Assembly (NCBI RefSeq): GCF_009914755.1
Contig: NC_060948.1
Length of the DNA: 64,000 bases
Source: the human T2T-CHM13v2.0 reference genome, Homo sapiens
Direction: 5' to 3' (one strand)
Below, one piece after another: positions 56,144-64,000 of this stretch. A model generated the notes under the pieces. It was not told the origin of the DNA and ran no database searches. It saw nothing but the letters and a program-made list of their open reading frames with translations. The translations under genes and the position numbers were made by a program. How positions within the stretch are numbered: position 1 is the stretch's first letter; each line of letters opens with the position of its first letter.

Positions 56144-56712
56144 AGATCCATATTTTTTAAATGAAAAAAAATTTCAAAGGTACTCTGCTTGGTACAATAA
56201 TCAAATGTATAAACTGAGGAATAAAACATAACCATGAAACCTACTTATAACTGCATATGGAAAATACAGAGGATAATTTTTTAAATAACATATTTTGAAA
56301 GCCTTAACTAGTAATTTGAAGAGCTGGCATTTGAAAGGCCAGTATGAATATACCTTCAAAGCAGCAACACAGGTTCCCCATGAGAAAAAGCAAACACAGG
56401 GAAAATAAAAACACAAAGGTTCAATCTCTTCTGACCTTTGAAAGACACAGCACAGACAGTGGTCCTTAGGACGAAGAGCGGGAGACCCCTAATTCCGTCA
56501 CCATGGCGATAGGGCATAAACATTGCTGGGTGAGGGCACAATCCACATTGTGAGGTCCAACTGCTGCCAGGAAGACAGGAGTGCTTTTACATAGACCGAA
56601 AGGTCATTGAAGGCTCAGAGTTTTGTTTCAAGAACTGAATCCCAAGCCCACACGTTATTAGGCTGCGCTTCTTAAAACAAGTTATGAGATGGGGAAAAGG
56701 GCACCCACAAAC
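56144..56712. repeat. HSATI-like non-AT block of DYZ2 unit (copy 1)
   Basis: ~570 bp complex-sequence block between the Alu and the AT-rich block, repeated near-identically in each unit. The name is assigned from the known DYZ2 layout. Confidence 0.8.
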
Positions 56713-58561
<1,849 letters not shown>

Positions 58562-59130
58562 AGATCCATATTTTTTAAATGAAAAAAAATTTCAAAGGTA
58601 CTCTGCTTGGTACAATAATCAAATGTATAAACTGAGGAATAAAACATAACCATGAAACCTACTTATAACTGCATATGGAAAATACAGAGGATAATTTTTT
58701 AAATAAAATATTTTGAAAGCCTTAACTAGTAATTTGAAGAGTTGGCATTTGAAAGGCCAGTATGAATATACCTTCAAAGCAGCAACACAGGTTCCCCATG
58801 AGAAAAAGCAAACACAGGGAAAATAAAAACACAAAGGTTCAATCTCCTCTGACCTTTGAAAGACACAGCACAGACAGTGGTCCTTAGGACGAAGAGCAGG
58901 AGACCCCTAATTCCGTCACCATGGCGATAGGGCATAAACATTGCTGGGTGAGGGCACAATCCACATTGTGAGGTCCAACTGCTGCCAGGAAGACAGGAGT
59001 GCTTTTACATAGACCAAAAGGTCATTGAAGGCTCAGAGTTTTGTTTCAAGAACTGAATCCCAAGCCCACACGTTATTAGGCTGCGCTTCTTAAAACAAGT
59101 TATGAGATGGGGAAAAGGGCACCCACAAAC
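58562..59130. repeat. HSATI-like block (copy 2)
   Basis: Near-identical to 56144-56712. Confidence 0.8.
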
Positions 59131-60979
<1,849 letters not shown>

Positions 60980-61548
60980 AGATCCATATTTTTTAAATGA
61001 AAAAAAATTTCAAAGGTACTCTGCTTGGTACAATAATCAAATGTACAAACTGAGGAATAAAACATAACCATGAAACCTACTTATAACTGCATATGGAAAA
61101 TACAGAGGATAATTATTTAAATAACATATTTTGAAAGCCTTAACTAGTAATTTGAAGAGGTGGCATTTGAAAGACCAGTATGAATATACCTTCAAAGCAG
61201 CAACACAGGTTCCCCATGAGAAAAAGCAAACACAGGGAAAATAAAAACACAAAGGTTCAATCTCTTCTGACCTTTGAAAGACACAGCACAGACAGTGGTC
61301 CTTAGGACGAAGAGCAGGAGACCCCTAATTCCGTCACCATGGCGATAGGGCATAAACATTGCTGGGTGAGGGCACAATCCACATTGTGAGGTCCAACTGC
61401 TGCCAGGAAGACAGGAGTGCTTTTACATAGACCGAAAGGTCATTGAAGGCTCAGAGTTTTGTTTCAAGAACTGAATCCCAAGCCCACACGTTATTAGGCT
61501 GCGCTTCTTAAAACAAGTTATGAGATGGGAAAAAGGGCACCCACAAAC
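60980..61548. repeat. HSATI-like block (copy 3)
   Basis: Near-identical to other copies; the HaeIII site is lost (aaagaccag at ~61170). Confidence 0.8.
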
Positions 61549-63399
<1,851 letters not shown>

Positions 63400-63968
63400 A
63401 GATCCATATTTTTTAAATGAAAAAAAATTTCAAAGGTACTCTGCTTGGTACAATAATCAAATGTATAAACTGAGGAATAAAACATAACCATGAAACCTAC
63501 TTATAACTGCATATGGAAAATACAGAGGATAATTTTTTAAATAACATATTTTGAAAGCCTTAACTAGTAATTTGAAGAGTTGGCATTTGAAAGGCCAGTA
63601 TGAATATACCTTCAAAGCAGCAACACAGGTTCCCCATGAGAAAAAGCAAACACAGGGAAAATAAAAACACAAAGGTTCAATCTCTTCTGACCTTTGAAAG
63701 ACACAGCACAGACAGTGGTCCTTAGGACGAAGAGCAGGAGACCCCTAATTCCGTCACCATGGCGATAGGGCATAAACATTGCTGGGTGAGGGCACAATCC
63801 ACATTGTGAGGTCCAACTGCTGCCAGGAAGACAGGAGTGCTTTTACATAGACCGAAAGGTCATTGAAGGCTCAGAGTTTTGTTTCAAGAACTGAATCCCA
63901 AGCCCACACGTTATTAGGCTGCGCTTCTTAAAACCAGTTATGAGATGGGAAAAAGGGCACCCACAAAC
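63400..63968. repeat. HSATI-like block (copy 4)
   Basis: Near-identical to other copies; followed by the start of the next AT-rich block at the window end. Confidence 0.8.
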
Positions 63969-64000
63969 ATACGTATACATTATGTATATAATAATATACA

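Noticed and set aside
56425-56610. Nuclear-receptor half sites (tgacctttg, aaaggtca) in the HSATI block
   Set aside because: Short motifs expected by chance; no well-spaced repeat pair was evident.

Overview
This window is human satellite DNA with no credible genes, most likely Y-chromosome distal heterochromatin (Yq12). It spans a DYZ1-to-DYZ2 block junction. Bases 1-55101 are diverged (GGAAT)n human satellite 3 arranged as 15 complete ~3.52-3.58 kb head-to-tail units plus a 1749-bp partial unit, each complete unit carrying one conserved EcoRI/HaeIII site pair (DYZ1/HSat3A6). Bases 55102-64000 are a 2418-2420 bp tandem composite of an AT-rich block, a diverged antisense Alu and an HSATI-like block (DYZ2/HSat1B). 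All listed ORFs are best explained as repeat artefacts. I found no new gene system. The most notable sequence-level observations are: three perfect heat-shock elements per DYZ1 unit (44 counted by eye); a 4-unit (~14.2 kb) and a 2-unit (~7.13 kb) higher-order duplication; recurrent exact 15-bp deletions; a hypervariable pure pentamer tract; and a junction with 3-bp microhomology inside a 12-bp palindrome, followed by a 766-bp deletion in the first DYZ2 unit. Family and chromosome assignments rest on recognition and unit sizes, not on a database search.
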